From Anaerolineae bacterium (GTDB lineage Bacteria; Chloroflexota; Anaerolineae; UBA1429): 64,000 nucleotides of DNA. A model generated the notes under the pieces. That model did no database searches. It was not told the DNA's origin and saw only the letters and a list, made by a program, of their open reading frames with translations. The stretch's first letter is position 1. Each line of letters begins with the position of its first letter. Where the stretch lies: NCBI GenBank assembly GCA_963675785.1, contig OY776562.1, positions 2,144,001-2,208,000 of the forward strand. The letters run 5' to 3'. The position numbers and the translations under genes are program-made. Below, one piece after another: positions 9,406 to 18,185 of this stretch.

Positions 9406-10515
9406 TTAGGAGAGCAAGGCTTTTGCTTCTGCCATGCTCACAAAATTCATCACCAGCGGCTGAGAATAATCCTCCTGGGCTTGCTGCCAAGTGGCATAAA
9501 AGCCTCCCTCGGTCGCCAAAACATCCACATAGCGACTTGTACGCCAACCATAAGGCGAGAGAAACATGGGTTCATTGACCGACAGACGCTCAATCTCTGA
9601 CACGCCATCGGCGGCAGCAACCGCAACACCGCCAATCTCCTCACATGAGAACCCGCGCGGCCTGCTGTGAGCCGAAGCATGCTCTTGCATATTGCGCATA
9701 GATTCGCCGCCGTCATAAAACACCAAGGTTAGCGCCGGCCCGCTGGCAAAGGCCCCAAAACGCGGCACCGAGAGCATGGCTGTGGCCCGCGTGATGGCTA
9801 CATCCCAGGTAAACCCCCGGGCAAAGAAATCATATACGACGGCAGTCCAGTCACCTGTTTCTGCCGAACGAACAGCATAACCGCTGTTGCTGCTTGACCA
9901 ACAAAAAGGATGTGTGCAAAAACCCAATGTAAGATCACCGCTAAAACGATCCATCACAAAGGGATCCTTGACATGGAGCCATCGCGGGTCATCACAATGT
10001 AGTACAGTCTGGATAGGGGCATCCTTCAAATCCGCAACCGTGTCAGCCTTGAGGCACTCGATAGACCAGATACCAGTGCCTGGTTTCATATAATCTTCAT
10101 ATCCCTGCGGATAATCTCGCCCGGCCTTTTCAGTGGAGACAAAAAGCTCAACGCCAGATTCAGTCCAGTGCAAAGCCGAACCTTCTATAGAAAGCACTTG
10201 CAGCCCGTTCACATCGAGATCCGGTTTTTGCCAGGAGACGAGATGTGCCCAGGTGGCGCCGCCATCAGATGAACGATAAATCACCAATTCTTTGCCTCGT
10301 TCGCCTGCCCCCAGGCCAGTGCGAGAATCCCCGTAATTACGATACCGCCCCACCACGTACAGAGCGCCTTTTTTATCACTGATCATGTTGCCGCCACCGA
10401 ACCAATGTCCCTCTGAGGGGCGTGCAGCTGGTACGATAATGCGTGCAGCGTCCTGATTCACAAGCGCTCGGGCAAAGCGTTCAAGCCTAACCCGTTGGGG
10501 TACGGTCAACATCAT
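9406..10515 (-). CDS. Beta-propeller glycosidase-like protein (sialidase/Asp-box), cytoplasmic
   Basis: Asp-box YRSSDGGATW, HVKDP motif, GGAGG RBS, no signal peptide. Confidence 0.65.
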   Translation of the reverse strand: MMLTVPQRVRLERFARALVNQDAARIIVPAARPSEGHWFGGGNMISDKKGALYVVGRYRNYGDSRTGLGAGERGKELVIYRSSDGGATWAHLVSWQKPDLDVNGLQVLSIEGSALHWTESGVELFVSTEKAGRDYPQGYEDYMKPGTGIWSIECLKADTVADLKDAPIQTVLHCDDPRWLHVKDPFVMDRFSGDLTLGFCTHPFCWSSSNSGYAVRSAETGDWTAVVYDFFARGFTWDVAITRATAMLSVPRFGAFASGPALTLVFYDGGESMRNMQEHASAHSRPRGFSCEEIGGVAVAAADGVSEIERLSVNEPMFLSPYGWRTSRYVDVLATEGGFYATWQQAQEDYSQPLVMNFVSMAEAKALLS

Positions 10516-10590
10516 TTGATATTTCCTCCCTGAAACATGCTCTCTGTCTGGCCATTATCCCAGCTGCCCACATAACGTCAACTCTGCACA

Positions 10591-10620
10591 AAAAAAGGGC
10601 ACGACTTTCGTCGTGCCCTT
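10591..10620 (-). terminator. Intrinsic terminator of ABC exporter operon
   Basis: AAGGGCACGAC-TTTC-GTCGTGCCCTT with a U-tract on the minus strand. Confidence 0.85.
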
Positions 10621-10630
10621 GATGAGAAGG

Positions 10631-12544
10631 TTAGTGTCCTGCCTGAGCCAGTACAGCACTCTTACCGCGGAACTGGCTATAGTAAAGATCGTGGTAAAAG
10701 CCACCGGCTGCAAGAAGGCTCTCGTGGGTGCCTTCTTCGATCACCTCGCCATAGTTGATAACCAGCACCTTGTCTGCCTCGCGGATGGTACTTAGGCGGT
10801 GAGCAATAACAAAACTAGTTCGCCCCGCCATCAGGCGAAGCAGGGCATCCTGAAGATGCCTTTCGGTGCGCGTATCTACGTTACTGGTAGCTTCGTCGAG
10901 AATCAGGATATCCGGATTGGCCAAAATCGTTCGGGCAATGGCCAACAACTGCCGCTGTCCCTGGCTCAGGTTGCTGCCGCGCTCAGTAAGCACTGTGTTA
11001 TAGCCGTACGGCAATCGATGGATAAAGGTATCGGCATTGGCCAGGCGTGCTGCCTCGTAAACTTCTTCATCGGTAGCCTCCATACGACCATAGCGGATGT
11101 TCGCCAACACGCTATCTCCGAACAAAAAGTTGTCTTGCAGAACAATACCAAGATGGCGCCGTAGTTCATCCATCTTGAGGTCGCGGATATCGCGGCCATC
11201 AATGCGAATACTGCCGCTATCTACATCATAAAAACGCATCATCAGGTTGATGACGGTGGTTTTGCCTGCACCAGTAGGGCCAACCAGGGCAATCGTCTGG
11301 CCGGGCTCTGCCACCAGGCTAACGTGCTTGAGCACAGGGGTAGTAGGCTCATAAGAGAAGCAGACATCGTCAAACACCACCCGACCAGCAACCCCTTCGA
11401 GTGAATGTGCATCAGCCGCATCCGTGATCTCGGGAATCTCATCCATAACCTCAAAGACACGCTCAGCGCCCGCAAGGGCTGACTGGATCGAGTTATACAA
11501 TTGGGCAATTTCGTTGATAGGGCGTGTAAACTGGCGCGAATAGTTCACAAAGGAGGCAATGGTACCAACGGTCGCCAATCCCTTGACAGCAAACCAGCCG
11601 CCCAATCCAGCCACAACGGCAAATGAAGCATTGTTGAGCATGTTAGAAATAGGTCCCATGAAACCAGATAGGATTTGCGCCCGGACGGCGTAATAAACGT
11701 ATTCGCCGTTCTTTTCTTCAAAGCTCTCGATCGTTCCCTCTTCGCGAACATAGGCCTTGACCACGCGCTCGCCGGTAATCGTTTCTTCAATCACACTGTT
11801 CAACTCACCGAGGGCACGCTGCTGCCCACGAAAGTTTTCGCGAGTATGTTTGGCGATGGCCTGTGTTACCAAAACAGTGGCAGGAGCCACCAGAATCGAA
11901 ACCAAAGCCAAACGCCAGTTGATGACGAACATCATGATCGCAACACCCACAATTGTCAGGATGCTAGATATTAATTGGGTAACCGTAGATGTAAGAATGT
12001 TGCTGATGTTCTCAATATCGTTAGTGAGACGGCTCATCAACTCACCGTGAGTGTGTTGATCGAAATAGCGCAGAGAAAGCGTTTGCAGCTTGGCAAACAA
12101 GTCGTTTCGCAGATCACGCAGCGAATTTTGGGAAACTCCCACCATGATAAAGGTCTGCAACCAGGTGGTTATGGCCATTCCCGTATAGGCACCGAGCATC
12201 AACAACGCCATACGCGCCAGACCCGACATCTGCCCAGCGACCATATAGTCATCGATAGCCAAGCCCAACAGATAAGGCGTAAGCACATTGAATACAGAGG
12301 TAAGGGTCACCATTAACACTGTCCCTACCAAACCGCGCCAGTATCGCCCCAGATAGGTCGCTAACCTACTGGTTGTGCCACGCACATCTTTGGCGCGCCG
12401 CTTCTCAAAGCGAGCAGCCATACCTCCGCCAGGACCACGCCCTGGCACCATAGGCGGATCTGAACGCTGCACAGTGGTCGCTTTATCATCCGCTTGGTCA
12501 TTCATCTGGGGGCGCGGACGTTGCGTTTTTTCTCTATCAGACAT
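10631..12544 (-). CDS. ABC exporter subunit (TMD+NBD), consensus catalytic site, TM288-like
   Basis: GPTGAGKTT, LSQGQRQ, LDEATS, IAHRL. Start moved to ATG 12544, overlapping the partner's stop. Confidence 0.95.
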   Translation of the reverse strand: MSDREKTQRPRPQMNDQADDKATTVQRSDPPMVPGRGPGGGMAARFEKRRAKDVRGTTSRLATYLGRYWRGLVGTVLMVTLTSVFNVLTPYLLGLAIDDYMVAGQMSGLARMALLMLGAYTGMAITTWLQTFIMVGVSQNSLRDLRNDLFAKLQTLSLRYFDQHTHGELMSRLTNDIENISNILTSTVTQLISSILTIVGVAIMMFVINWRLALVSILVAPATVLVTQAIAKHTRENFRGQQRALGELNSVIEETITGERVVKAYVREEGTIESFEEKNGEYVYYAVRAQILSGFMGPISNMLNNASFAVVAGLGGWFAVKGLATVGTIASFVNYSRQFTRPINEIAQLYNSIQSALAGAERVFEVMDEIPEITDAADAHSLEGVAGRVVFDDVCFSYEPTTPVLKHVSLVAEPGQTIALVGPTGAGKTTVINLMMRFYDVDSGSIRIDGRDIRDLKMDELRRHLGIVLQDNFLFGDSVLANIRYGRMEATDEEVYEAARLANADTFIHRLPYGYNTVLTERGSNLSQGQRQLLAIARTILANPDILILDEATSNVDTRTERHLQDALLRLMAGRTSFVIAHRLSTIREADKVLVINYGEVIEEGTHESLLAAGGFYHDLYYSQFRGKSAVLAQAGH

Positions 12545-14282
12545 TAGCCATCGCTCCATTAGAAAGCTGTGATTCAAATATCTCACGATAAATGGGGCTT
12601 GAATCCAAAAGCTCGTCATGCGTGCCTTCGGCGGCCACCATACCATCATCAAGAACTAGAATCTTATCAGCATTGAGTACTGTGCTGATACGTTGGGCAA
12701 TTACAAAGGAGGTCATCTCTTTCATAAAAGAAGCCAATGCCTCTTGGATGCGTCCTTCGGTCTCTACATCCACCGAGCTCGTACTGTCATCTAACACCAG
12801 AACTGCTGGCTTGGTCAACAGCGCCCGCGCAATAGAAAGTCGCTGCTTCTGTCCACCAGAAAGGTTTACGCCTCGCTGCCCCACTTCGGTGTCATACCCC
12901 TCAGGGAAGGATATGATGAAATCATGTGCTTGAGCCATGCGCGCCGCATGCTCGACTTCTTCTTGCGAGGCTTCTGGCCGTCCGTAGCGGATGTTGTCAC
13001 GAATAGTGCCGGTAAACAGGATTGGCTCTTGTAGAGCGACACTCACCTTGCGCCGAAGTACGTCCGTATTGACATCGCGTACGTCAACGCCATCAATGGT
13101 TACACATCCGCCGGTAACATCATAGAATCGCGGGATGAGATGGACCAAGCTAGACTTGCCTGCTCCGGTCGTCCCCAGAATGGCTACTGTTTGCCCGGGC
13201 TCTACATCAAAGCTGACGCCCTTGAGAACAGGGTCCCCTTGATCACCATCATAACTGAACGACACATTGTCAAAGACCACATGACCGGTCGGGGAAAAAT
13301 CGGTCAAAGCATCCGGGGAATTGACGATGTCTGGTTCAGAATCAAGTACTTCGGACACACGTATGGCCGATGCCTGTGCACGTGCAAGACGCATAACGAG
13401 CATTGCAACCATCACAAGGCTCATCATGGCGCGCGTCAAATAGTTAACAAAGGCGATGATCTGGCCAACCTGCATGTCTCCCTGCTGAACATCGATACCG
13501 CCAAACCAAACGACGGCCACAATGCCCAGGTTCACTGCCATGCCCATCAAAGGCATCGCTACCGCTGCAATACGCGAAGCTTTGACGGTAATGTCCTTTA
13601 GAGATTCGTTGGTGGTCTCAAAGCGATTTCGTTCGTGCCGCATCTGCACAAAAGCTTTGACCACACGAACACCCATCAGGTTTTCCTGCAAGACGGTGTT
13701 GAGTTTATCCAGGTTCTTTTGGACGATACTGAACAGAGGAAAACTCTTACGGACAACAAAGATGACGAAAACCAGCTCTATTGGCATGAGCACCAAGAGA
13801 ATCCAGGATAACTTGGGGCTGGTTACGATAGCCATAGCAAAACTACCGATCATCGTAAACGGGGCTCGCACCATCATCTGCATGATCATGCGAGCCACTT
13901 CTTTGATCTGTACCACGTCATTAGTCAGGCGGGTTACCAATTCGCCGGTATGAAGCTTGTCCAGATTAGAAAATGAGAGAGATTGAACCTTGCGAAACAG
14001 TGTTCCGCGCAAATCTGCGCCAAAAGCCTCTGCCGCTTTGACAGCAAAAAAGGTGCAGCCCATGCCGCCAATCACACCGATGAGCGCTACCCCCATCATG
14101 AGCCAGCCCGTATTAACGACCAATTGAAGATCAAGGTTGGCAATACCTTCATCAACAATGCGCTCAACAAGGGCAGGCTGTAAAAGGTCCATGGCAACTT
14201 CCAACACCATAAACAATGGTGCCAAAATCGCCCACTTGCGATAGGGGCGCATGAACCTAATTAGCTCTTTCAGCGATTGCAT
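12537..14282 (-). CDS. ABC exporter subunit (TMD+NBD), degenerate site, TM287-like
   Basis: GTTGAGKSS, LSGGQKQ, LDDSTS (E to D), IAQR (H to Q). Confidence 0.95.
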   Translation of the reverse strand: MQSLKELIRFMRPYRKWAILAPLFMVLEVAMDLLQPALVERIVDEGIANLDLQLVVNTGWLMMGVALIGVIGGMGCTFFAVKAAEAFGADLRGTLFRKVQSLSFSNLDKLHTGELVTRLTNDVVQIKEVARMIMQMMVRAPFTMIGSFAMAIVTSPKLSWILLVLMPIELVFVIFVVRKSFPLFSIVQKNLDKLNTVLQENLMGVRVVKAFVQMRHERNRFETTNESLKDITVKASRIAAVAMPLMGMAVNLGIVAVVWFGGIDVQQGDMQVGQIIAFVNYLTRAMMSLVMVAMLVMRLARAQASAIRVSEVLDSEPDIVNSPDALTDFSPTGHVVFDNVSFSYDGDQGDPVLKGVSFDVEPGQTVAILGTTGAGKSSLVHLIPRFYDVTGGCVTIDGVDVRDVNTDVLRRKVSVALQEPILFTGTIRDNIRYGRPEASQEEVEHAARMAQAHDFIISFPEGYDTEVGQRGVNLSGGQKQRLSIARALLTKPAVLVLDDSTSSVDVETEGRIQEALASFMKEMTSFVIAQRISTVLNADKILVLDDGMVAAEGTHDELLDSSPIYREIFESQLSNGAMANV

Positions 14283-14308
14283 ACCCGACAGACTCCTCTC
14301 ACAACAAC

Positions 14309-14752
14309 TTAACTATTCTCAGTTACATTCTTGAGGTTTGTGATGATTCGTTCCAACAGGGCACGAATCTGCTCCCGCTCCTCGTCATCAAAGCCTGCAA
14401 AGGTTTCCTCATCGATTCGATCAAACGTCGCAAAAACCTCCTCGCGCTTGGTACGCCCCTCTTTGGTAAGATACACGCGAGAGATGCGCTGATCATTCAT
14501 ATCCTGCTTGCGTTCGACAAGACCCGCTTTTTCAGCTCTTTGAACAAGGCGCGTCACAGTGGCACGCGTGACTTCCATCTTGTCAGCAAGGTCAGAATGA
14601 CTCTGCCCATCTTCATGCCAGAGCAAACGCATCAAACGGGACTGACTGTGAAACAATCCCAAAAGATCCATCAATTGCTGCACGCGGTGGTGATGCAAGT
14701 GCCCCACAGTACCTATCAGAAACCCAAGGGTCTTATCAGGTTTGTCGTGCAC
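14309..14752 (-). CDS. MarR family transcriptional regulator
   Basis: SDLADKMEVTRATVTRLVQRAEKAGLVER..DQRISRVYLT; GGAGG RBS before GTG. Confidence 0.93.
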   Translation of the reverse strand: MHDKPDKTLGFLIGTVGHLHHHRVQQLMDLLGLFHSQSRLMRLLWHEDGQSHSDLADKMEVTRATVTRLVQRAEKAGLVERKQDMNDQRISRVYLTKEGRTKREEVFATFDRIDEETFAGFDDEEREQIRALLERIITNLKNVTENS

Positions 14753-14777
14753 GCGGCACCTCCGATTGAGATAATAC

Positions 14778-14817
14778 TTAGCTAGCTAAATATAAGCCGG
14801 CTTATCATTTTTGTCAA
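14778..14817 (-). promoter_or_regulatory. marR promoter with overlapping palindromic operator
   Basis: TTGACA(14817-14812)-17-TATATT(14794-14789); perfect palindrome TTAGCTAGCTAA at 14778-14789. Confidence 0.7.
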
Positions 14818-14831
14818 GCGCGTAGAAACAT

Positions 14832-14864
14832 AAAAAACAGCCCGAGGAAAATCTCGGGCTGTTT
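14832..14864 (-). terminator. Terminator downstream of tRNA-Asn
   Basis: AAACAGCCCGAG-GAAAAT-CTCGGGCTGTTT with a U-tract on the minus strand. Confidence 0.85.
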
Positions 14865-14894
14865 ATAGGGTGGATGCGGGTTTGCCGCATTCAG

Positions 14895-14966
14895 CTCCTC
14901 GGGCTGGACTCGAACCAACAACCAACCGGTTAACAGCCGGTCGCTCTACCATTGAGCTACCGAGGA
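14895..14966 (-). tRNA. tRNA-Asn (GTT), CCA not encoded
   Basis: Cloverleaf TCCTCGG...CCGAGGA, anticodon arm CCGGCT-GTT-AACCGG, GGTTCGAGTCC T-arm. Confidence 0.96.
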
Positions 14967-14994
14967 TTACAGGGTTTCCCCTAGCACGGGGAGC

Positions 14995-15023
14995 AGTTTA
15001 CCCCCTAACTTTTGCAGTGTCAA
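14995..15023 (-). promoter_or_regulatory. Sigma70 promoter for tRNA-Asn
   Basis: TTGACA-17-TAAACT. Confidence 0.65.
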
Positions 15024-15040
15024 ATCTGACCGGGCCCACG

Positions 15041-16303
15041 TTAGGTCAAATAGTCACGCAGCTTGCGACTTCGAGTTGGATGACGCAACTTGCGCAACGC
15101 CTTGGATTCAATCTGACGAATGCGCTCGCGTGTGACGCCAAACCGCTGGCCCACCTCTTCAAGAGTATGCGTCTGGCCGTCTTCGAGACCGAAACGCATG
15201 ATCAGCACCTCTCGCTCGCGTTCTTTGAGAGAATCAAGGCTTTCGGCAATCTGCTCACGAAGCAATTCGCGGTCCGTCTCTTCTACCGGGCTGGCCGTAT
15301 TTTCATCCGCAATAAAGTCCACCAACACACTGTTCTCTTCAGAACCAACTGGTGTCTCCAAAGACATGGGCTCTTGCGAAACGCGCATGAGTTGCTGCAC
15401 TTTATCAGCAGAATTCTCCAACCGTATGGCAACATCGCGTGGAAGTGCAGTGCCTGTGGTGCTGCAATTTTCGATAATACGCTGATCCTCTTTGGTAACA
15501 AAATCCAAGGCCATGGCCGTCTCTTCAGGCGTTGGATCCCGTCCCAGTTCTTGTTGCAGTTGGCGTTGTGCACGGGTAACACGATTGATCGATTCGACCA
15601 TATGGACGGGAATACGAATAGTTCGCGCTTGGTCGGCAATTGCCCTTGTAACCGCCTGTCGGATCCACCAGGTGGCATAAGTGCTGAACTTGAACCCACG
15701 CTTGTAATCAAACTTTTCAACAGCGCGGATCAAGCCAAGATTTCCTTCCTGAATCAGATCAAGAAACGAAAGCCCTCTGCCAAGATAGCGCTTGGCCACG
15801 CTAACCACCAGGCGAAGGTTGGCCTCAGTCAATCGCCTCTGAGCCACATCTCCCTGAAGCACCTTGAGTTTTGTAGTCTGGAGCTCTTGGGCAGAAAGAC
15901 TCGTCTCGGGGTCAGCCAATAACGCTTGCGCCTCAAAGCCTTCTTGCACAGCCTTGGCAAGGCGGACTTCTTCTTCACCAGAAAGAAGAGGTACCCGACC
16001 TATTTCGCGGAGATACATGCGTACAGGATCGTTGATCAGTGAAGGATCGTTGGAACTATTATCAGAAGTAGTGCGCATACGCGAGGCATCAGCCTCGATC
16101 TCTTTGTCCTCAACGGTTATAACCGGGATTTCCAGTTCTTCGAGAGACTCACGCAAACCTATAACCTGCCTCTTGGTTGCAGAAGCAGGAAGGGCGTCTT
16201 TGATGTCTTCTTCTGTCACATAGCCGCTTCGCTCGGCTTTTTCAACAAGCCTGCTGAACAATTGATCCTGTAGCGTGGGATCTGATGACATTCTTTGCTC
16301 CAA
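15041..16303 (-). CDS. rpoD: Primary sigma factor RpoD (start may be 16291)
   Basis: [48 protein letters not shown]; follows dnaG. Confidence 0.98.
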   Translation of the reverse strand: MEQRMSSDPTLQDQLFSRLVEKAERSGYVTEEDIKDALPASATKRQVIGLRESLEELEIPVITVEDKEIEADASRMRTTSDNSSNDPSLINDPVRMYLREIGRVPLLSGEEEVRLAKAVQEGFEAQALLADPETSLSAQELQTTKLKVLQGDVAQRRLTEANLRLVVSVAKRYLGRGLSFLDLIQEGNLGLIRAVEKFDYKRGFKFSTYATWWIRQAVTRAIADQARTIRIPVHMVESINRVTRAQRQLQQELGRDPTPEETAMALDFVTKEDQRIIENCSTTGTALPRDVAIRLENSADKVQQLMRVSQEPMSLETPVGSEENSVLVDFIADENTASPVEETDRELLREQIAESLDSLKEREREVLIMRFGLEDGQTHTLEEVGQRFGVTRERIRQIESKALRKLRHPTRSRKLRDYLT

Positions 16304-16312
16304 ACTGGACGC

Positions 16313-18184
16313 TTACTTGCGACTCTTGCCCATCAAGGTTACTTCATATGCGCGCCGATTAGCTAGTTCAATCTCTCGCGAGATCTCTTCAGCCCTGGCT
16401 CCAAGACGTTCAGCCTCTTGCTTGTCGCCAGACTGTCGTGCATCCTCAAGGGCATATCGCAACTCTGCCAATGACCGGGAAAGATGTGCCTTGCGCATAC
16501 GTAGCGCACTTTTGATCAGATCCTCGATCGCCATATCCTCGGACATGGCTGGCCCCGCCGTCAGGGCATCGCGCGTGGATTCTACACGACCTACTAGCTC
16601 TTCGTCAAGCCATTCTAACTTCTCTTTTGAATCTTCTACTGTCTTTTTTTCAAGTGTAAGCAGCTCTTCAAAGAGAGCACGGTTGCGCACATCTTGAAAT
16701 GCTTCTGCATCGATTCCCGAGAGACTGCGGACTTGCTCAAACCGTTGGGGATAGAGCCATAGCAAACCAACTACACGATCCTCAATCGAGAGCGCACGCG
16801 CGGGTTGTCGCTGCGTCTCTGCCGCCTCCACCGGTTGCGCAGAATCCCGCTGACGATATCTGCGCATCTCCCGAGCCAACACCTGCTCGGATACTCGAAC
16901 AAGTTGTGACAGACGCTGCAGATAATGGCTTTGCTCAACCTGGCTGTCAATGGCAGCAATGACCGGCAAAATCCGTTCGGTAAACTGGCGTTTGCCCCGC
17001 GCCGTAGTCAAATCCTCTTCGGATGAGACAATACGCATCACAAAATCAACAAAGGGTACGGCCTCTTCTACAGCCTGATCCCAAAGCGCCCGATCGCGGA
17101 GGATAACCTCATCTGGGTCTAGTCCATCCGGAAGTGTCATCACCCGAATCTCGGCATTCAGCTGATTCTCATAGCGCACCACACCATCAGCGGATACCAG
17201 TGGCACTATTTTGTGCCCCAATCCGTCCCTGGCCGCATCCACCCCTCGCAATGTTGCATTGATACCAGCCGTATCCGGATCCAGCGCAAAAAGAAGCCTA
17301 TCCGTCATGCCACGCAGAATCTTGATATGGTCGTTGGTCAACGCCGTGCCCAGGCAGGCCACAAGATTGCGTACCCCTTCCTGATAGGGCACGATGACAT
17401 CCATATAACCCTCTACGATGACAACCGTTCCTGTGTCGCGAATTGCCTGGCGCGCTAGATCAATGCCATAGAGCACGCTGCCCTTGTGGAACAACGGCGT
17501 TTCGGGGCTGTTCAGGTATTTGGGCTGCGAATCATTGAGCACACGTCCACCAAAACCCATTACCCGACCGCGGTGATCACGAATTGGGAACATGATCCGC
17601 CCGCGGAATCGATCATATATGTTGCCCGAATCGCTTTGGGTGAGCAGCCCTGCTTTGAGCAAGTCGCTTTGTGGATACAAGCGCAAGAGGCGCTGTTCTA
17701 GAACATGCCAATCGTCTGGCGCAAAACCAAGTTGATAGGCACGAAGTGTCTCTGGCCTGAGACCTCTTTTGGTCAGGTACTGCCTGGCCTCTTCAGCGCG
17801 GGGATCATTGAGTAACAGGTGATTGTAAAAATCGGCCGCTGAAGCATTGACCTCGAACAAGCGATCGCGCTCGCTCTTGATGGCCTGTTCCTGCGGCGTC
17901 TGCGGACGCAGCTCAACCCCAGCCCGTTCGGCCAACATACGTAGCGCTTCGCCAAAAGCCAGGTTCTCTTGCTTCATGATAAAAGCAAAGACATCGCCGC
18001 CCGTGCCGCAAGAACCAAAACAGTGCCATGTTTGGGTATCGGGAAAAACGATGAACGATGGCGTCTTTTCAGTGTGGAACGGGCAAAGGCCTTTGTAGCT
18101 GTGGCCGGCCTTTTTTAGTTCCACATACTGACTAATAACATCCACCAGATCGAGGCGCTGGCGGATTTCGTCGACGACATCCAC
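16313..18184 (-). CDS. dnaG: DNA primase
   Basis: CPFH..C..C zinc finger, KYLNSPET, VEGYMDV, DPDTAG TOPRIM. Confidence 0.98.
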   Translation of the reverse strand: MDVVDEIRQRLDLVDVISQYVELKKAGHSYKGLCPFHTEKTPSFIVFPDTQTWHCFGSCGTGGDVFAFIMKQENLAFGEALRMLAERAGVELRPQTPQEQAIKSERDRLFEVNASAADFYNHLLLNDPRAEEARQYLTKRGLRPETLRAYQLGFAPDDWHVLEQRLLRLYPQSDLLKAGLLTQSDSGNIYDRFRGRIMFPIRDHRGRVMGFGGRVLNDSQPKYLNSPETPLFHKGSVLYGIDLARQAIRDTGTVVIVEGYMDVIVPYQEGVRNLVACLGTALTNDHIKILRGMTDRLLFALDPDTAGINATLRGVDAARDGLGHKIVPLVSADGVVRYENQLNAEIRVMTLPDGLDPDEVILRDRALWDQAVEEAVPFVDFVMRIVSSEEDLTTARGKRQFTERILPVIAAIDSQVEQSHYLQRLSQLVRVSEQVLAREMRRYRQRDSAQPVEAAETQRQPARALSIEDRVVGLLWLYPQRFEQVRSLSGIDAEAFQDVRNRALFEELLTLEKKTVEDSKEKLEWLDEELVGRVESTRDALTAGPAMSEDMAIEDLIKSALRMRKAHLSRSLAELRYALEDARQSGDKQEAERLGARAEEISREIELANRRAYEVTLMGKSRK

Positions 18185-18185
18185 C

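Noticed and set aside
14870-15922. 350-aa plus-strand ORF
   Set aside because: Antisense to tRNA-Asn and rpoD; a typical shadow ORF of a conserved gene
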